64,000 nucleotides of DNA from Marispirochaeta sp. (GCA_963676835.2 CAXXFF010000002.1:64001-128000); one strand, 5' to 3'; numbered from the stretch's first letter, positions 27,611 through 38,534 are shown. Notes: generated by a model not told the origin, from the letters alone. Program-made: numbers and translations.

Positions 27611-30535
27611 TTATTCTCCCTGTTCCCCATCCTTTCCAGCTTCAGCTTTCCCCCCGATACGTCCGTACATCCAGTTCATACCCAAAAGCACTGCACCTGC
27701 CAGAATAAATACCACCGCCCGTTCCAGGGTATCCGATCTGGCCATATCGAGAATAATCAGACGCCCCAGGCTGAAAAGGATAAGCAGAAAGGAGCTCAGG
27801 CGGAAGCTGTTCTCCCGCAGAATCATACTCATGGTAAAGAGGGCAAAGCTCTCGAGGATAAGCAGAGAGGTAAGCACAGGACCGGAAAAACTGAGAAAGA
27901 GGAAGAATCCTATACCGATAAAATAGGGATAGAGCAGCGCCGCAGAACGCCTCTCTGTAAGAAGAAGAGCAAGCTTGCCGGAATACTCATCCCCGGCAAC
28001 CTTCAACCCGTAGACCCCGCCCAGGTAGGCCAGTCCCAGAAAGACTGACCCCAGGGCGGTCCACCAGGATAGATCAAAAACCTCAACCCGGAATGATCCG
28101 GACTCCAGCCCGGAAAAGGGGAGAAAGAAAAGCCCGATCCAGAAAAAGATGAGGGAGAATGAGTAGTAGCTCCGCATATACCGGGGACCGAAACGGCCGG
28201 AGAGAAGCAGAATTATAGCTGCCGCAACACAGATAAGCCCGGTCCAGACCAGACCTGCCTCAAGCCCGACAAAGCCTGCCCCCGCAAGGGCTGCCAGAAA
28301 AAGCACCCAGTTTCTGCTGCCCGAAGCCTCCGTTCCCCGCTTTCGCCCCCAGACGAGCATGGAGGCAAGCACCAGCACATCCTGAACAATACGCTGCCAG
28401 CCGTGAATCTTCTGATTCAGAAGCGGCTCGGAGCCCATTAAGGCAAACAGAGCTGCCACCAGGGAGACCCCGGTGCCGCAGATAACAAAACTCCGGGCAA
28501 TGTCCGACCGTAAACGGGGAATATAGGTTGCGACATAGAGCAGTATGGAAACAACAGCCCACAGGCTTACTGCAAGCCAGACCTCATGCTTGCCGGCAAA
28601 ACTCAGAATGAGAGTACAGGTATTCAATACCCCGAAAAAAACAACAGGAAGAGCCCGTACCTGCCTGCGGATAAGGGGCAGGCTGAGAACAAGCACCTGA
28701 ACAAGCAGCATGAGAGTCAGCAGGTTGAGACTGAAGTCCCCGGGGAAAATGGCCTGAAGAGGAAGAGTAACCAGATAGGTGATTCCGTGAAGCAGAATAA
28801 CCAGCCCCAGGAGGAGCCTGGAAAGGAGCTTTTCGCGGTTGAGAAAAGAAACTAAAGCCGCTCCCGCGGTAAGGGGAAGGACCATACCGCCGCCCAGGGA
28901 AAACCACTCGGGAAAATCAAAGAAAGCACCGGTAAGGATATAAAGGGAAACCATTCCCAGTGCGGCTGCCGCCATGAGACTTCTGGATGCAATATCCGCC
29001 TTTTTATAGAAAAACTGCAGCAGCACCAGGGTTCCGCCGCCCATGGCATACAGAAAAATAAGCCGGTGAACAGCCTGGATAGTACCGGCATCATCCCCAT
29101 AGGAGATAGACCCCGCCTCTATAATGGTTAGAACCAGAACTGCAAGAGAGGCCGCTGCGGCAGCTATGGAGAAAACAATCCGCAGCACCTTCTCCCGGCG
29201 GACATCAAAGGCAGCTAAAAGCGCTACCAACCCGGCAATTTCCACCGCCGCATAGAGATCGAGATTGAATTTGCTGAATCCGAACACCGCAGCCACCGCC
29301 AGGGCAAGCCCGGCTATTGAATCAAGCCTGCGTATAGCCTCCGGGAGACGCCGGGTAAAACGGCCGGAAAGGTAGGCCCCAGCTCCCAGCAGAAGAAACA
29401 GAAAGGAGATCCATTTGTATTCCGCTCCCAGGGCGGTTGTTCCCGCACCAAGATAGAGCCAGGCGGCAATACGGGCGGCATTGGCAAAACGGTCGTGCTT
29501 ATAACCCCGTACATAGGGAGCTGCCATTCCGGGAAGCAGCCCTCCCGCAAGTGCCCCGAACAGGGGCAGGTCGATGCCGGTAAAGGAGAAAAGAGCATTT
29601 GGATCGCCATGAGAGACCCAGAGGACGGTGAAGACAAAAAATCCACCCTGGGCCAGAAACTGATGAAGCCCCCAGGGACGCCGCAGAAGAGGGACGGAGC
29701 TGAAAGCAGTAACCACCGCAGCGGCGGTGAGGGATGCAGCAGAAGGAGGAGCGGATGCCAGAGCTGCAAGGCTGATCAGCACATGAAAGGAAGAAAAGAG
29801 CTGGGCATGTACCCGCAGGGCAAAAAAGAGGTTGGCCCCGATACCCAGAAAAAGCAGGGCGTATCCCTGGGGTGCGGACTGTACCCACTTCAGCCAGGGA
29901 ATGGATGATGCTCCCAGAGAGGCAAAGAGAAACAGGGCCCCCGCAGCAGACTGAAACCAGCCGGAGGCGTCAAGCAGCCCTTTTTTTCTGTTCAGGTAGA
30001 TACTAACAAACCAGAAGAGCAGGGAAATTACCATGAGCATGAGAAAGCGGGCAACCTGCCCCATCTTCAAGGCGGTTAATACTGCCAGAAAACTGAAGCC
30101 GATAACCAGGGCAAACACGCCGAGAATACCCGTCCAGCGGTCGGAAAAACGGTCTTCCAGATTCTTTAGCAGCCGTGGGATCTTCCCCGGACCGGTGCTT
30201 TCAGCAGGTTTCCTGCTTTCTTTACCCTGAGAACCGGCTTCGTCTGCCCGGGAAGCTGCAGATGTTGATGAAGGTTGTACCGAAGAAAGGGCAGCAGAAT
30301 TATCCGGGATATCCTCCTGCTTCTCTACAGATTCTGCAGATTCTGCAGCAGAAAAATCACTGTTTTTCCATTTTTTTTCTACCGTCTCAAGGTCTTCAAT
30401 CCGGCCATGGAGCCGGTGAACCAGAGTCTGGAGATCCTTGACCTTTCTGCTTAAGCCTATGGTGCGGAAGCCCAGTATACTTCCTGTAAGAAAGATGAGT
30501 ATTATACCGCCGAAAAAAACTATCTCAAAATCCAT
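27611..30535 (-). CDS. DUF2339-family polytopic membrane protein
   Basis: N-terminal TM, coiled-coil and low-complexity linker, LEDRFSDRWTGILG, many TMs, C-terminal RLIILDMA..ERAVVFILAGAVLL; start reassigned to MDFEIV. Confidence 0.8.
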   Translation of the reverse strand: MDFEIVFFGGIILIFLTGSILGFRTIGLSRKVKDLQTLVHRLHGRIEDLETVEKKWKNSDFSAAESAESVEKQEDIPDNSAALSSVQPSSTSAASRADEAGSQGKESRKPAESTGPGKIPRLLKNLEDRFSDRWTGILGVFALVIGFSFLAVLTALKMGQVARFLMLMVISLLFWFVSIYLNRKKGLLDASGWFQSAAGALFLFASLGASSIPWLKWVQSAPQGYALLFLGIGANLFFALRVHAQLFSSFHVLISLAALASAPPSAASLTAAAVVTAFSSVPLLRRPWGLHQFLAQGGFFVFTVLWVSHGDPNALFSFTGIDLPLFGALAGGLLPGMAAPYVRGYKHDRFANAARIAAWLYLGAGTTALGAEYKWISFLFLLLGAGAYLSGRFTRRLPEAIRRLDSIAGLALAVAAVFGFSKFNLDLYAAVEIAGLVALLAAFDVRREKVLRIVFSIAAAAASLAVLVLTIIEAGSISYGDDAGTIQAVHRLIFLYAMGGGTLVLLQFFYKKADIASRSLMAAAALGMVSLYILTGAFFDFPEWFSLGGGMVLPLTAGAALVSFLNREKLLSRLLLGLVILLHGITYLVTLPLQAIFPGDFSLNLLTLMLLVQVLVLSLPLIRRQVRALPVVFFGVLNTCTLILSFAGKHEVWLAVSLWAVVSILLYVATYIPRLRSDIARSFVICGTGVSLVAALFALMGSEPLLNQKIHGWQRIVQDVLVLASMLVWGRKRGTEASGSRNWVLFLAALAGAGFVGLEAGLVWTGLICVAAAIILLLSGRFGPRYMRSYYSFSLIFFWIGLFFLPFSGLESGSFRVEVFDLSWWTALGSVFLGLAYLGGVYGLKVAGDEYSGKLALLLTERRSAALLYPYFIGIGFFLFLSFSGPVLTSLLILESFALFTMSMILRENSFRLSSFLLILFSLGRLIILDMARSDTLERAVVFILAGAVLLGMNWMYGRIGGKAEAGKDGEQGE

Positions 30536-30655
30536 ATTTTCTCTTCCTGTTCCGCTAGTGTATAGCCCGGGAGAAAATCTGTCGAGGGCGGAAAAAGCGT
30601 GGTATGTGATATAATGGTTGGGGTAATGAAAGATGTAATGAAAACAGGTGAGAGG

Positions 30656-31171
30656 ATGAAGATTCGAATCAGCTACATGCAAACCCCTGCGGGGGAACTC
30701 ATACTCGGCTCCACCGATTCCGCTCTCTGCCTCTGCGACTGGCGCTACCGTAAAATGCGCACTGCCATAGACCAGCGCATACAGAAACATCTCAAGGGAG
30801 TCTTTGAGGAGGGATCTTCAGATATTATTACGGAAGCTGAAAGGCAGCTGGGGGAATATTTCTCCGGAGACAGGAAAATCTTCGATCTGCCCCTGATATT
30901 TGCCGGTACGGATTTTCAGAAACGGGTATGGCAGTATCTGCAGACCATACCCTACGGCGAAACACGGAGCTACCTGGACCTGGCCGAAGCCCTGGGCGAC
31001 CGCAACAGCGTGCGGGCAGCAGCCTCAGCCAACGGCGCAAACGCCCTTTCCATAATAGTACCCTGTCACCGGGTTATCGGCTCCGACGGCACCATGGTGG
31101 GCTACGCCGGTGGACTGTCTGCCAAGCGCAAACTGCTTGAGCTGGAGCAACCCCAGCTCAAGCTGCTCTGA
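30656..31171 (+). CDS. ogt: Methylated-DNA-protein-cysteine methyltransferase
   Basis: GTDFQKRVW, IPYGETRSY and IVPCHRVIG active-site motifs. Confidence 0.95.
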   Translation: MKIRISYMQTPAGELILGSTDSALCLCDWRYRKMRTAIDQRIQKHLKGVFEEGSSDIITEAERQLGEYFSGDRKIFDLPLIFAGTDFQKRVWQYLQTIPYGETRSYLDLAEALGDRNSVRAAASANGANALSIIVPCHRVIGSDGTMVGYAGGLSAKRKLLELEQPQLKLL

Positions 31172-31195
31172 ATTATAAGAAAAAAGAAAAATACA

Positions 31196-32896
31196 TCAGG
31201 ATTCCACCGCATGGCGGCGGATCTTTTTAGTCGTGGTCATCTCCATGGGTTCATCAAGGACTGTTACCCGTTCTATCTTCTGATATCCCGCCAGCCCCTG
31301 ATTCACCTCACTGACTATCTCGTCCATTCTGCTATGGACAGCTTCGGCATCGGCATTGCCCAGGGCGTCACTGCCGGGATAAATAAGCGCTTCGATACGT
31401 TCTCCCGGAACATCCGCATGCAGGGTAAACCCCCGGATTAGAATCTGTTCAACCTCGTCATAGAGCTGAAAGGCATCTTCAAGCTCTTCGGGGTACACAT
31501 TCTTTCCCCCTTCGGTAACTATCAGATTCTTGGCCCGGCCGGTTAAATAGAGGTAATTATCTGTATCCAGGTAACCCACGTCGCCGGTGCGGAAAAAGCC
31601 GTCGCTGTCCATAACCTCTGCGGTGGCCTCGGGATTGTTATAGTAGCCCTGCATGACCATTGGGCCCTTGATGGCAATCTCGCCGTTTCCGGCAGAATCG
31701 GGGTCAAGGATTTTTACTTCTGTCTGAGGAATGATTTTTCCAACACTGGTCTCTTTGTACAGCTCGGTAGGATTCAACGCCACGATGGGTGAAGTTTCGG
31801 TAAGCCCATAGCCCTGCACAAAATCAATTCCCAGCTGGTTGTACTGTTTAAATACAGAAGGAGCCAGGGGCCCTCCGCCGGATATACAGATACGGATGGA
31901 ATCCAGAGAGGCTTTTTTCAGAATTCCTCCGAAAATAAGCTTCCCGGGATTCACATGCAGGATCTTTTTTATCAGACCACTGAAAAGCATCAATCCCCGG
32001 ATAATTCCAAAAACCACCGGCCCTTTCTCGCGGATTCCCCGCATGATACCCTGAAGAAGCTTGTTGAACAGCATGGGAACTCCAAGGAACATGGTAACCC
32101 GGGCAGCTTTGAGATCGTGGAGAATCTGTTTGACCACCAGCCGCTTGCCGAATACCGTCTCGGCTCCAACCGAAAAACTCTCGATAAATACCGCCAGCAT
32201 ACTGTAGGAGTGGTGAATCGGCAGAAGGGCGTAGAAAACATCGTCCGGACGGATATTGAGGTTAGCCTGGGCGAGAAAACAGTCGGCAACCAGGTTCCGG
32301 TGAGTCAGCATTACCCCTTTGGGGTTCCCGGTGGTTCCGGAGGTAAACAGAATGGCCGCGAGAGCTTCATCATCCCGGGCTTCCGGAACAGAAAGCTCCT
32401 CCTCTCCGGGCAGGTCCAGATCATAAATATAGCGGTCAGAGCCTGCTGCAGTCAGGCTGATTACTGCTGTCAGTTCCGAATCTATGCTGCTTATCCTGTC
32501 GCCGTCGATAAAAAGGAAGCGTGCATCGGCAGCCTGGATTAAATTCTTCACTTCCCGGTCGTGGAGCGCTGCGTCGATGGGAACAACCACACCGCCGGCC
32601 CAGAGAATTCCCAGATAGGCTACCGCCCACTCGGGACTGTTAAGTCCGCAGACAGCTGCCCGGTCGCCGGGCTTAAGGCCCTGTTTCTGAAGAAAAAGGG
32701 CTGCAGCACGTATACGCTCAAGTGCCTGGGAATAATTAAGACTGACACGCTGGGGACTGTATACGGTAAAGCAGCTGCTTTGAGAGAAGCGGCTGCAGCT
32801 TATGGAAAACAGCTCCGGCAGCGACGGCCACTGCCCGGAGAAAAGGGTTCCACGGAACTCTTCGAGAAACTGCCAGGGAACACCGTTACGCTTCAT
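31196..32896 (-). CDS. Long-chain fatty acid-CoA ligase (AMP-binding family)
   Basis: LFTSGTTGNPKGVML, QGYGLTETSP, FRTGDVG and GKNVYPEELE motifs. Confidence 0.92.
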   Translation of the reverse strand: MKRNGVPWQFLEEFRGTLFSGQWPSLPELFSISCSRFSQSSCFTVYSPQRVSLNYSQALERIRAAALFLQKQGLKPGDRAAVCGLNSPEWAVAYLGILWAGGVVVPIDAALHDREVKNLIQAADARFLFIDGDRISSIDSELTAVISLTAAGSDRYIYDLDLPGEEELSVPEARDDEALAAILFTSGTTGNPKGVMLTHRNLVADCFLAQANLNIRPDDVFYALLPIHHSYSMLAVFIESFSVGAETVFGKRLVVKQILHDLKAARVTMFLGVPMLFNKLLQGIMRGIREKGPVVFGIIRGLMLFSGLIKKILHVNPGKLIFGGILKKASLDSIRICISGGGPLAPSVFKQYNQLGIDFVQGYGLTETSPIVALNPTELYKETSVGKIIPQTEVKILDPDSAGNGEIAIKGPMVMQGYYNNPEATAEVMDSDGFFRTGDVGYLDTDNYLYLTGRAKNLIVTEGGKNVYPEELEDAFQLYDEVEQILIRGFTLHADVPGERIEALIYPGSDALGNADAEAVHSRMDEIVSEVNQGLAGYQKIERVTVLDEPMEMTTTKKIRRHAVES

Positions 32897-32977
32897 ATGT
32901 ACCTCACCTTGTTACATTTAAGTCGGTCGAACGACCGATTTAATTCTAAACCCGGAGGTGCGGACTGACAAGTGGCG

Positions 32978-34177
32978 TCAGCCCTGGAATCCCATACTGA
33001 AAGAGTACTGGCTTATACCGGTCTCGGCATTGAGACCATAACGAATGGAGAGGGCCGGGATGGTTACCTTCTTCAGATAGAGCATGAGACCGCCCCAGGG
33101 ACCGTGATACAACTCCATATCAGCACCGGCGCCGTCGAGAATTCCCGCCTGATAGCCCAGGGGCAGAGCAACAAAGCCCCAGCTAAAGTCGGCGATAACC
33201 GGAGACAGTTTAAATGAAGCCTGAGACTGCTGCAGGGCATGAACTGAATCTGAAAGCAGGGGCGAACGAACTGAAGGGCTTAAAAGCTCATCGCCTGAAA
33301 AGAGCAGAGAATCCGCGGCGGCAGAAAGAAGAATCCGCCGGTGGGGAAGAAAATCATACTGCAGGCCGATGCGCAATTCTCCGCTGGGATTAAACTCCCG
33401 GGAGTAAAAGGTTTGCTCATACTTTACTTCCCCCTTGAGTCCATCCCGGTAAAACTCATTCAGGTGCTGCCCGTCGTACCCGGCACTGATTTCCGGCGCA
33501 ATGTACAATGTCTCGCTGACAACTCCCTCAATTGTCCGGTAACCGCTTTTCAGGTTGAGACCGAATGCAAATGGATCAAAATCAATCCGGGATGTAAGCA
33601 TGCCTCCAAGAGACCATCCCTCATCTGAAAAAACAAGGTTGCCCTCGGTATCTTCCGCTTCCTGCTCCATCTCTGTAAAAACCAATCCCCCTCCCAGCCC
33701 CACAGGAGAATTGAAAACATTCCTATGCATGTAGCTGACACTTAAAAAAGTCATACCGCTGCCGTACATACCGCCAAGAAACATACTGTTTCCGGTTCCC
33801 AGAAGGTTCCCCTCCATAAGAAAGCCACCGGCAGCCAGCTTCCCGTCTGAGTAAGAAAAGAAAGGCAAAGGAATAAGACTGAACCGGTCCTCAAGATTAA
33901 TGAGCAGTATCATTCCTCCGTCCTCAGGAATCAGGGAGACATTTACCGTATCATCAACAAAGAGGCCGGACCGCAGAAGCCGCTGCCGGATTTCTTCGAT
34001 ATCATCGTGAACAATAAGATCTCCCGCCTGGACTTCGATAATCTTCAAAATAGTGGACTCTCTTGTTTTTGTCAGGTCACCCTCTATTCTTATCCCGGAA
34101 ATCTCCTGACTATACAGAGCCATAGTGGAAATAATTAACAACAGCAGGATTGATGCACATCTGATTATAATTCTCAT
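32978..34177 (-). CDS. POTRA-domain outer-membrane beta-barrel protein (Omp85-like)
   Basis: Signal peptide; one POTRA (IRIEG..KTRESTI...LLRSGLF); EGNLLGTG; amphipathic strands; aromatic C-terminal strand. Confidence 0.7.
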   Translation of the reverse strand: MRIIIRCASILLLLIISTMALYSQEISGIRIEGDLTKTRESTILKIIEVQAGDLIVHDDIEEIRQRLLRSGLFVDDTVNVSLIPEDGGMILLINLEDRFSLIPLPFFSYSDGKLAAGGFLMEGNLLGTGNSMFLGGMYGSGMTFLSVSYMHRNVFNSPVGLGGGLVFTEMEQEAEDTEGNLVFSDEGWSLGGMLTSRIDFDPFAFGLNLKSGYRTIEGVVSETLYIAPEISAGYDGQHLNEFYRDGLKGEVKYEQTFYSREFNPSGELRIGLQYDFLPHRRILLSAAADSLLFSGDELLSPSVRSPLLSDSVHALQQSQASFKLSPVIADFSWGFVALPLGYQAGILDGAGADMELYHGPWGGLMLYLKKVTIPALSIRYGLNAETGISQYSFSMGFQG

Positions 34178-34357
34178 ACCTCGAACCTTTCACGAATATA
34201 CTGCCTGAGGCAGTAAAATATCGAACACCTGAATACACTTTTTCTGTTACCCGGGCTACTCTCTTTTACGGCCCTGACCCAGCTATATAGACCCTGACGC
34301 CGGATGTAGAGTATAGTCCCTTCAAACGTCCCGCCCTTTAAGGAAGGATACACATAC

Positions 34358-36190
34358 ATGCCCCATAGAGACGCACGAAACGAAGGCTTACGCAATATAG
34401 CCATAATTGCCCACGTAGACCACGGGAAAACAACCCTTGTAGACGCAATGTTCCGCCAGAGCGGAACCTTCCGGGAAGGAAAGGAAACCGTAGACCGGCT
34501 TATGGACTCCATGGAGCTGGAACGGGAGCGGGGAATTACCATTGCCGCAAAAAATTGTTCTGTCGCATGGCGGGACGTTAAAATCAATATTCTCGACACT
34601 CCGGGACACGCCGATTTCGGCGGTGAAGTAGAACGGGCGCTCTCCATGGTGGACGGCGCAATTCTGCTGGTTGACGCCTCCGAAGGCCCCCTGCCCCAGA
34701 CCCGCTTTGTACTCTCCAAGGCTCTGCAGGCAGGCCTGAAGATTATTGTAGTGGTCAACAAGATCGACCGGAACGATGCCCGTCCCCTTCAGATTGTAGA
34801 TGAAATCTCCGACCTGCTCATCGATCTTGATGCATCGGAAGAGCAGCTTGATTTTCCTCTTTTCTACGCCAACGGCAAAGACGGTATCGCCAAGAAAACC
34901 CTGGAAGAAGATTCAGACAACCTGCAGGTTCTTTTCGACGCTATTGTAGATGAGATTCCTCCTCCCGCCTATGAATCCAAGGCGCCCTTCCAGATGCTGG
35001 TATCCGACCTCTCCTATTCAGACTTCCTCGGCCGCCTTGCCATCGGCAAGGTGATCAACGGCCGGGCAAAGGCGCGGGAGAGCCTTGTCTGCCTGGGAGA
35101 AGGTGGAAAAACACAGCCGGTAAATATCTCCAAGCTGCAGGTTTATTCCGGCCCTGCCCTAAGCGATGCCACCGAGGCCATCGCCGGCGACATAGTAGTT
35201 CTTTCCGGAGTAGACGATGTGCATATCGGAGATACCATCTGCACAAAAAGCGACCCCAAGGCCCTCCCCCGGATATCCGTGGATGAGCCGACAGTCTCCA
35301 TGCGCTTTACCGCCAATACATCACCTTTTTCGGGACAGGAAGGCAAGCTTGTTCAGGGAAGCAAAATAAAAGACCGGCTGGAAAAAGAGACCCTCAAGAA
35401 TGTTTCCCTGCAGATTGAGAACGCCGTTGACGGCGACGGATTTACCGTAAAAGGCCGGGGAGAATTTCAGCTGGCCATCCTTATCGAGACAATGCGCAGG
35501 GAAGGCTTCGAACTCTGTGTCGGCCGCCCGGAGGTAATATACCGTACCGAAAACGGTAAACGCACCGAGCCTATCGAACACCTTGCGGTCGACTGCGAAG
35601 AGACCTTTGCCGGGGTGGTCACAGAAAAACTCTCCAAACGCAAAGGCCGCATGACAAGCTATATCAATCATGAAAGCGGCCGGGTACGCCTCGAATTCAG
35701 CGTTCCATCCCGCGCCCTTATCGGCTACCGGGATGAGTTCCTCACCGACACAAAGGGAACAGGCATTATGAACTCATACCTCACCGGCTACGAAGAGTAC
35801 CGGGGCGACTTTCCCCAGCGTTTTACCGGCTCCCTTGTCTGCGACAGAAAAGGCGATGCCGTTCCCTATGCGATCTTCAACCTGGAACCCCGGGGAACCA
35901 TGTTTGTTGTTCCCGGCGACAAGGTTTATGAGGGTATGATTGTTGGAGAACACAACCGTGACAATGACCTCAATGTAAACCCCTGTAAAGAGAAGAAACT
36001 CTCCAACATGCGGGCATCCGGAAAGGATGACAATGTGATTCTTTCCCCGGTACTGCCCATGACTCTGGAAAGGGCTATCCAGTTTATCCGGGAGGATGAA
36101 ATGGTAGAGGTGACTCCTGTAAGCATCAGGCTCAGAAAAAGGACCCTCTCTGCTCAGGACAGAAAGATTGAGGAGAAAAGGAAGGGGTAA
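34358..36190 (+). CDS. typA: Translational GTPase TypA/BipA
   Basis: [29 protein letters not shown] and [11 protein letters not shown] motifs. Confidence 0.97.
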   Translation: MPHRDARNEGLRNIAIIAHVDHGKTTLVDAMFRQSGTFREGKETVDRLMDSMELERERGITIAAKNCSVAWRDVKINILDTPGHADFGGEVERALSMVDGAILLVDASEGPLPQTRFVLSKALQAGLKIIVVVNKIDRNDARPLQIVDEISDLLIDLDASEEQLDFPLFYANGKDGIAKKTLEEDSDNLQVLFDAIVDEIPPPAYESKAPFQMLVSDLSYSDFLGRLAIGKVINGRAKARESLVCLGEGGKTQPVNISKLQVYSGPALSDATEAIAGDIVVLSGVDDVHIGDTICTKSDPKALPRISVDEPTVSMRFTANTSPFSGQEGKLVQGSKIKDRLEKETLKNVSLQIENAVDGDGFTVKGRGEFQLAILIETMRREGFELCVGRPEVIYRTENGKRTEPIEHLAVDCEETFAGVVTEKLSKRKGRMTSYINHESGRVRLEFSVPSRALIGYRDEFLTDTKGTGIMNSYLTGYEEYRGDFPQRFTGSLVCDRKGDAVPYAIFNLEPRGTMFVVPGDKVYEGMIVGEHNRDNDLNVNPCKEKKLSNMRASGKDDNVILSPVLPMTLERAIQFIREDEMVEVTPVSIRLRKRTLSAQDRKIEEKRKG

Positions 36191-36242
36191 AACCCCAGGT
36201 GGAGAAGATTCCCCGGTAAATCCCCATAATTGGTCACAGGTG

Positions 36243-36314
36243 CCCCAGAAGAAGAGACGTTGCAGTGCAACGTCTCTTCTTCTGGGGGCATGACTGCAAC
36301 GTCTCTTCTGGGGG
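36243..36314. repeat. REP-like palindrome plus an extra half-copy downstream of the RAYT gene
   Basis: CCCCAGAAGAAGAGACGTTGCA-G-TGCAACGTCTCTTCTTCTGGGG (22-bp arms); TGCAACGTCTCTTCTGGGGG at 36295-36314. Confidence 0.88.
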
Positions 36315-36321
36315 TATTACA

Positions 36322-36873
36322 TCAGGATTTCCCCCATTTCCCTGGATTATCCAAAATATACTGCCTCACATTGTTCACATGATCTTTATTTCTGATAATG
36401 CGGTCATAAAACCGGGTTTGCCATACCTGGAGGCTGCTGTCAAATTCCTTATGAATCATTTTTGTGCATATTGATTTATATGACCGGATTACCGCGGATA
36501 TTGTTCCCGGTTTTGGTGATATTCGGGAATAAAAGGCCTTATCGCATTCCCCCTCTTTCTCCGTTGAGACGTTGCAATGCAACGTCTCAACGGAGAAAGA
36601 GGGGGACACAACCAACAATAACCCATGGATATGATCCGGCATGACAACAAATTGATCCAACCGGATATTTGGAAAATGATCGGGAATCTCCATCCAATAT
36701 CGGTGGGCAATTTTGCCCATTCCGGATAAACACATTTTGCCGTCTTCAATAGCTCCAAACAGGTGTTCCCTGTTTTTTGTACATATGGTGATGAAATAAT
36801 ATCCGGGAGACGAATAATCCCATCCTTGCAAACGGAGGCTCTCTATGAGGTATCTGTTTTTAAACAGGGCCAT
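36322..36873 (-). mobile_element. REP-associated tyrosine transposase (RAYT, Y1 HUH family)
   Basis: SLRLQGWDYSSPGYYFITICT, HUH MPDHIHG, WQTRFYDRIIR and catalytic Y in QYILDNP; flanked by palindromes. Confidence 0.9.
36548..36606. repeat. REP-like perfect palindrome inside the RAYT coding sequence
   Basis: 29-bp arms: TCCCCCTCTTTCTCCGTTGAGACGTTGCA-A-reverse complement. Confidence 0.92.
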
Positions 36874-36911
36874 TGGTATGAAAGGAAACAACCAGCAAAG
36901 TTTCCCTTCCT

Positions 36912-36950
36912 CCTCTGTGAAGATGTTGCAATGCAACATCTCCACAGAGG
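36912..36950. repeat. REP-like palindrome upstream of the RAYT gene
   Basis: CCTCTGTGAAGATGTTGCA-A-TGCAACATCTCCACAGAGG (one mismatch). Confidence 0.85.
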
Positions 36951-37211
36951 GGAATTTGATTATTACAAGGGAGATCAGGACAAAAAGAAGGTTGTTTCAC
37001 AGGAACTCCTTACATGAATAACAGTTCTATAGAGTAAGAACCACGAAATAAGAAGTATGCTTCACGGAATCAGCAGGAAATGGGACTGTAGGTACATACC
37101 TCATTGTGCGCCAATCCGGCACCACGTTAAGGCAGATAATAATCGACTTTTATTGATTATATTTCTCATTATCACTACATTCAATACAATAATTTATTAC
37201 TGGAGAGAACT

Positions 37212-37442
37212 ATGGGAACACGCTGCCGCTGGTACGATGCAACATCGGGAATGAAACGGGCATTTGATAAAGGGCTTATCGACCGGTCATGGATAGACGA
37301 CTACTGCATGAATGGAGGGCAGAACTGTATCCGTAAACTCCATTTTGAGAAAGACGGATATGTTTCACCGGACTATGTGCTTCCCGACGGAAGAGAAGAT
37401 AAAAAGCTGAAACAGATTATTATGGAGAAAGGGAATTTCTGA
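37212..37442 (+). CDS. Small Cys-containing hypothetical protein
   Basis: GGAG RBS; C-x-WY...WIDDYC...C...PDYVLPDG pattern. Confidence 0.6.
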   Translation: MGTRCRWYDATSGMKRAFDKGLIDRSWIDDYCMNGGQNCIRKLHFEKDGYVSPDYVLPDGREDKKLKQIIMEKGNF

Positions 37443-37451
37443 GGACCTAAA

Positions 37452-38534
37452 TCAGTTGATCCGCTTCGCCAGTGCCCGGGCAATAACCGGTCCGAAGATA
37501 ACCAGAGAAACCATCCTGCATACCTGTAGCGACATGATAAACGGAGCGTTCACGGGGCTGGTCATGGCGATTACGGCTACCGTATTGGCACCCCCGGGAC
37601 TGGTCGCAAGATAAGCCGAAAGGGGATCGATGGAGAAACGGCTGCTGACTAAATAGGCCAGGCCGCCGCAGAGGATAATAAGCAGCAGGTTGCTGATGAC
37701 AATACGGGGAAAAACCTTCAGGGAGGACTGCAAAGCCTCCCGGTCAAAACCAAGCCCCACTTCCCAGCCGATGATCAGGTAGCAGAACACTGCAAAAGGT
37801 TCTGGCACCATAATACTGATTACTCCGCTAACGTTAAGCAAAACTCCCAGAAACATGGGCATAAGCAGTGCTGCCGCAGGCAGACGGGTCAAAGCAAAAA
37901 GAACCCCACCCAGGGTTAGAGCTAAAGTTTGAGTCAGCGTTAAGGTATCGGGAAACTGCAGCCAGCCGGAAAAAATATCGGCTCCTGAGCTGATTCCGGG
38001 ATTGCCAATCCAGATAAAGGTGACAAGGGAAGCGGCAAGAATAACCAGAAGAAGCCGGGTGTACTGCATAAGAGCAACCAGCCGGGCGTCAGCATCAAAA
38101 GACTGAGCCATAATAACCATGGCACCGGCGGCTCCCGGAGAAGAGCCCCATATGGCCTCCCGGGGAGGTACCACTTTCAGGAGGGCCAGAATCAATCCCA
38201 GCCCCCAGCTCAGGATCATAACACTGAGAATAACCACCAGAAAAACCGGCCATTCCAGCAGAAGCTCCTGAAGAACATCCATGGTCAGAGCCTGGGCAAT
38301 CAGAACCCCCATCAGAGACTGGGAAAGCCAGGAACTCATTTTGGGCACTTTCAGGCTTATCCCCAGGGCGGAAAAAATTATTCCAACAACAATGGGACCG
38401 AGAAGCCAGCCTGCGGGAAGATGCAGAAGCGTGAGACCAATTGCAGCGAGTCCGGAAAAAAACAAAAGCAGGACCCATAAAAGAGGCCGGGGAAAACTGT
38501 TGCCAATGACGGATATACTCAGATGTTTAGCCAT
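37452..38534 (-). CDS. AbrB-family (putative ammonia monooxygenase-like) membrane protein
   Basis: Duplicated LPAGWLLGP/LPAAALLMP and SPGAAGAM/SPGGANTV; VALMQYTRL. Confidence 0.88.
   Translation of the reverse strand: MAKHLSISVIGNSFPRPLLWVLLLFFSGLAAIGLTLLHLPAGWLLGPIVVGIIFSALGISLKVPKMSSWLSQSLMGVLIAQALTMDVLQELLLEWPVFLVVILSVMILSWGLGLILALLKVVPPREAIWGSSPGAAGAMVIMAQSFDADARLVALMQYTRLLLVILAASLVTFIWIGNPGISSGADIFSGWLQFPDTLTLTQTLALTLGGVLFALTRLPAAALLMPMFLGVLLNVSGVISIMVPEPFAVFCYLIIGWEVGLGFDREALQSSLKVFPRIVISNLLLIILCGGLAYLVSSRFSIDPLSAYLATSPGGANTVAVIAMTSPVNAPFIMSLQVCRMVSLVIFGPVIARALAKRIN

Noticed and set aside
27551..27630. Pyrimidine-rich tract between convergent genes
   Set aside because: Low-complexity spacer with no periodic unit; no function can be supported.
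30536..30790. 85-aa N-terminal extension of the DUF2339 ORF
   Set aside because: It overlaps ogt on the opposite strand; ATG at 30535 has an upstream AGGAAGAG and gives a typical N-terminal TM.
36243..36950. Palindromic repeats as a possible CRISPR array
   Set aside because: Only 3.5 copies, irregular ~300-bp spacing, one copy inside an ORF and no cas genes; RAYT/REP explains them.
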